The position numbers and the translations under genes were made by a program. From positions 8,701 through 72,700 of the forward strand of contig DATHOE010000037.1 of the NCBI GenBank assembly GCA_035485275.1: a stretch of 64,000 nucleotides of DNA. The letters run 5' to 3'. Position 1 is the stretch's first letter; each line of letters starts with the position of its first letter. The notes under the pieces are model-generated. The model worked only from the letters and a program-made list of their open reading frames with translations. It made no database searches and was not told where the DNA came from. This document shows positions 63,089-64,000 of this stretch, piece by piece. Source of the DNA: a bacterium (GTDB taxonomy: Bacteria > Oederibacteriota > JAJYGY01 > DAIDJD01).

Positions 63089-64000
63089 CTAGTGGGTCGG
63101 CGCCGCCTCTTCCTCTTCCTCCATAAAGGCCGCAAAGCGTTTCTTTTCAAGGGATTTCAGGTAGGCGGTCTTCGCCGTGATCTTCCCTTCCTTGTAGAAG
63201 CGTTCCAGGCACATATCCATGGTCTGCATGCCCAGGCTGCCGGAGGTCTCCATCAGGGACAGGATGGCCGCGGCCTTGCCCGCCCGGATGAGGTTGGGCA
63301 GGGAGGGATGGTAGCTGAGCACCTCCACGGCGGCGCAGCGGCCCTTGCCGTCCTTGGTCGGGCACAGCTGCTGGGCCACGATGCCGCGCACGGCGCCGGC
63401 CAGGAGGCCGCGGGCCGAGTCGCGTTCGTCGGAGGGATAGACGTTGATGATGCGGTCCACGGTCTTGGCCGCGGAATTGGTGTGCAGGGTGCCGAAGACG
63501 AGGATGCCCATCTCCGCGGCGGTGAGGGCCAGGGAGATGGTCTCGTAGTCGCGCATTTCACCCACGAGGATCACGTCTGGATCCTGGCGCATGGAGGAGC
63601 GCAGGGCCGCCTTGAAGTTGTGCGTGTCGCGATGGACCTCGCGCTGGGTGATCTTGCAGCGCTTGGGCTGGTGCACGAACTCGATGGGATCCTCGATGGT
63701 CAGGATGTTGGCGTCGCGGGTCTCGTTGATGATGTTGATGATGGCCGCCAGCGTGGTGCTTTTGCCGCTGCCGGTCGGGCCGGTGACCAGCACCAGGCCC
63801 TTCTTGGCCAGGCCCATGTCCGCCACGGTCTTGGGCATGCCCAGTTCCGCGGCGGTCTTGATGATGGTCGGGATGGTCCGGAAGACCGCGGCGATGCCCT
63901 GCTGGTTGAAGAAGATGTTGCCGCGGAAGCGGGCCAGCCCGGGGACCTCGTAGGCGTAGTCGAAGTCGTGCATGGTCATGGACTGGGTCCACTGCGCGTC
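63089..64000 (-). CDS. pilT: Type IV pilus retraction ATPase PilT (N-terminus beyond window end)
   Basis: Walker A GPTGSGKSTT, Asp box, Walker B ILVGEMRD, His box and the PilT-specific ..AIRNLIRE..-like region. The ORF is open to the window edge. Confidence 0.85.
   Translation of the reverse strand, partial: DAQWTQSMTMHDFDYAYEVPGLARFRGNIFFNQQGIAAVFRTIPTIIKTAAELGMPKTVADMGLAKKGLVLVTGPTGSGKSTTLAAIINIINETRDANILTIEDPIEFVHQPKRCKITQREVHRDTHNFKAALRSSMRQDPDVILVGEMRDYETISLALTAAEMGILVFGTLHTNSAAKTVDRIINVYPSDERDSARGLLAGAVRGIVAQQLCPTKDGKGRCAAVEVLSYHPSLPNLIRAGKAAAILSLMETSGSLGMQTMDMCLERFYKEGKITAKTAYLKSLEKKRFAAFMEEEEEAAPTH

Overview
High-GC (~68%) chromosomal segment from a Gram-negative (diderm) bacterium, densely coded on both strands with frequent 4-nt start/stop overlaps. 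The main blocks, 5' to 3', are listed here. (1) Cell-wall genes: an SLT lytic transglycosylase and a SPOR-domain protein. (2) A DHFR-family reductase and a ClC chloride channel. (3) A cobalamin riboswitch followed by a nine-gene 'late' cobalamin operon (cobC-cobU-cobD-cobQ-cbiB-cobO-cobT-cobS-cbiA). (4) A low-GC FitA/VapC-like toxin-antitoxin pair. (5) msrB-msrA, then a VOC/glyoxalase-fold protein with a poly-lysine tail coupled to a copper P-type ATPase. (6) A ~3.8 kb low-GC accessory island (18.3-22.1 kb) carrying an orphan XRE regulator, an IS3-like transposase relic, a two-gene operon for a Cys-rich secreted protein and a 3-TM membrane protein, a Gp49/HigB-HigA-like toxin-antitoxin module with a clear promoter/operator, and a tiny Gly/Arg/Tyr-rich secreted peptide. 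(7) An OprB-type porin, an oxidoreductase, an outer-membrane beta-barrel protein and an ABC-2 exporter. (8) A monofunctional folate C1 pair (fch + mtd) with an XRE regulator. (9) A large aryl-polyene/flexirubin-type lipid-pigment biosynthetic cluster (34.7-51.3 kb) with two ketosynthases, a ketoreductase, a dehydratase, two ACPs, an MMPL exporter, a LolA-like protein, a thioesterase, a GT2, two LPLAT acyltransferases, an AMP-ligase-dehydratase fusion, plus a tyrosine/histidine ammonia-lyase (MIO enzyme) and a flavin-dependent halogenase. (10) A GH42 beta-galactosidase with a pirin, a HAD hydrolase, transaldolase, pgi, an MFS transporter, a TonB-dependent receptor and a partial pilT. No rRNA, tRNA or CRISPR array was seen. 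The most interesting candidates are the TAL + halogenase aryl-polyene cluster, the low-GC island, a sharply low-GC patch inside cobQ, and the lysine-tailed VOC protein coupled to copA.
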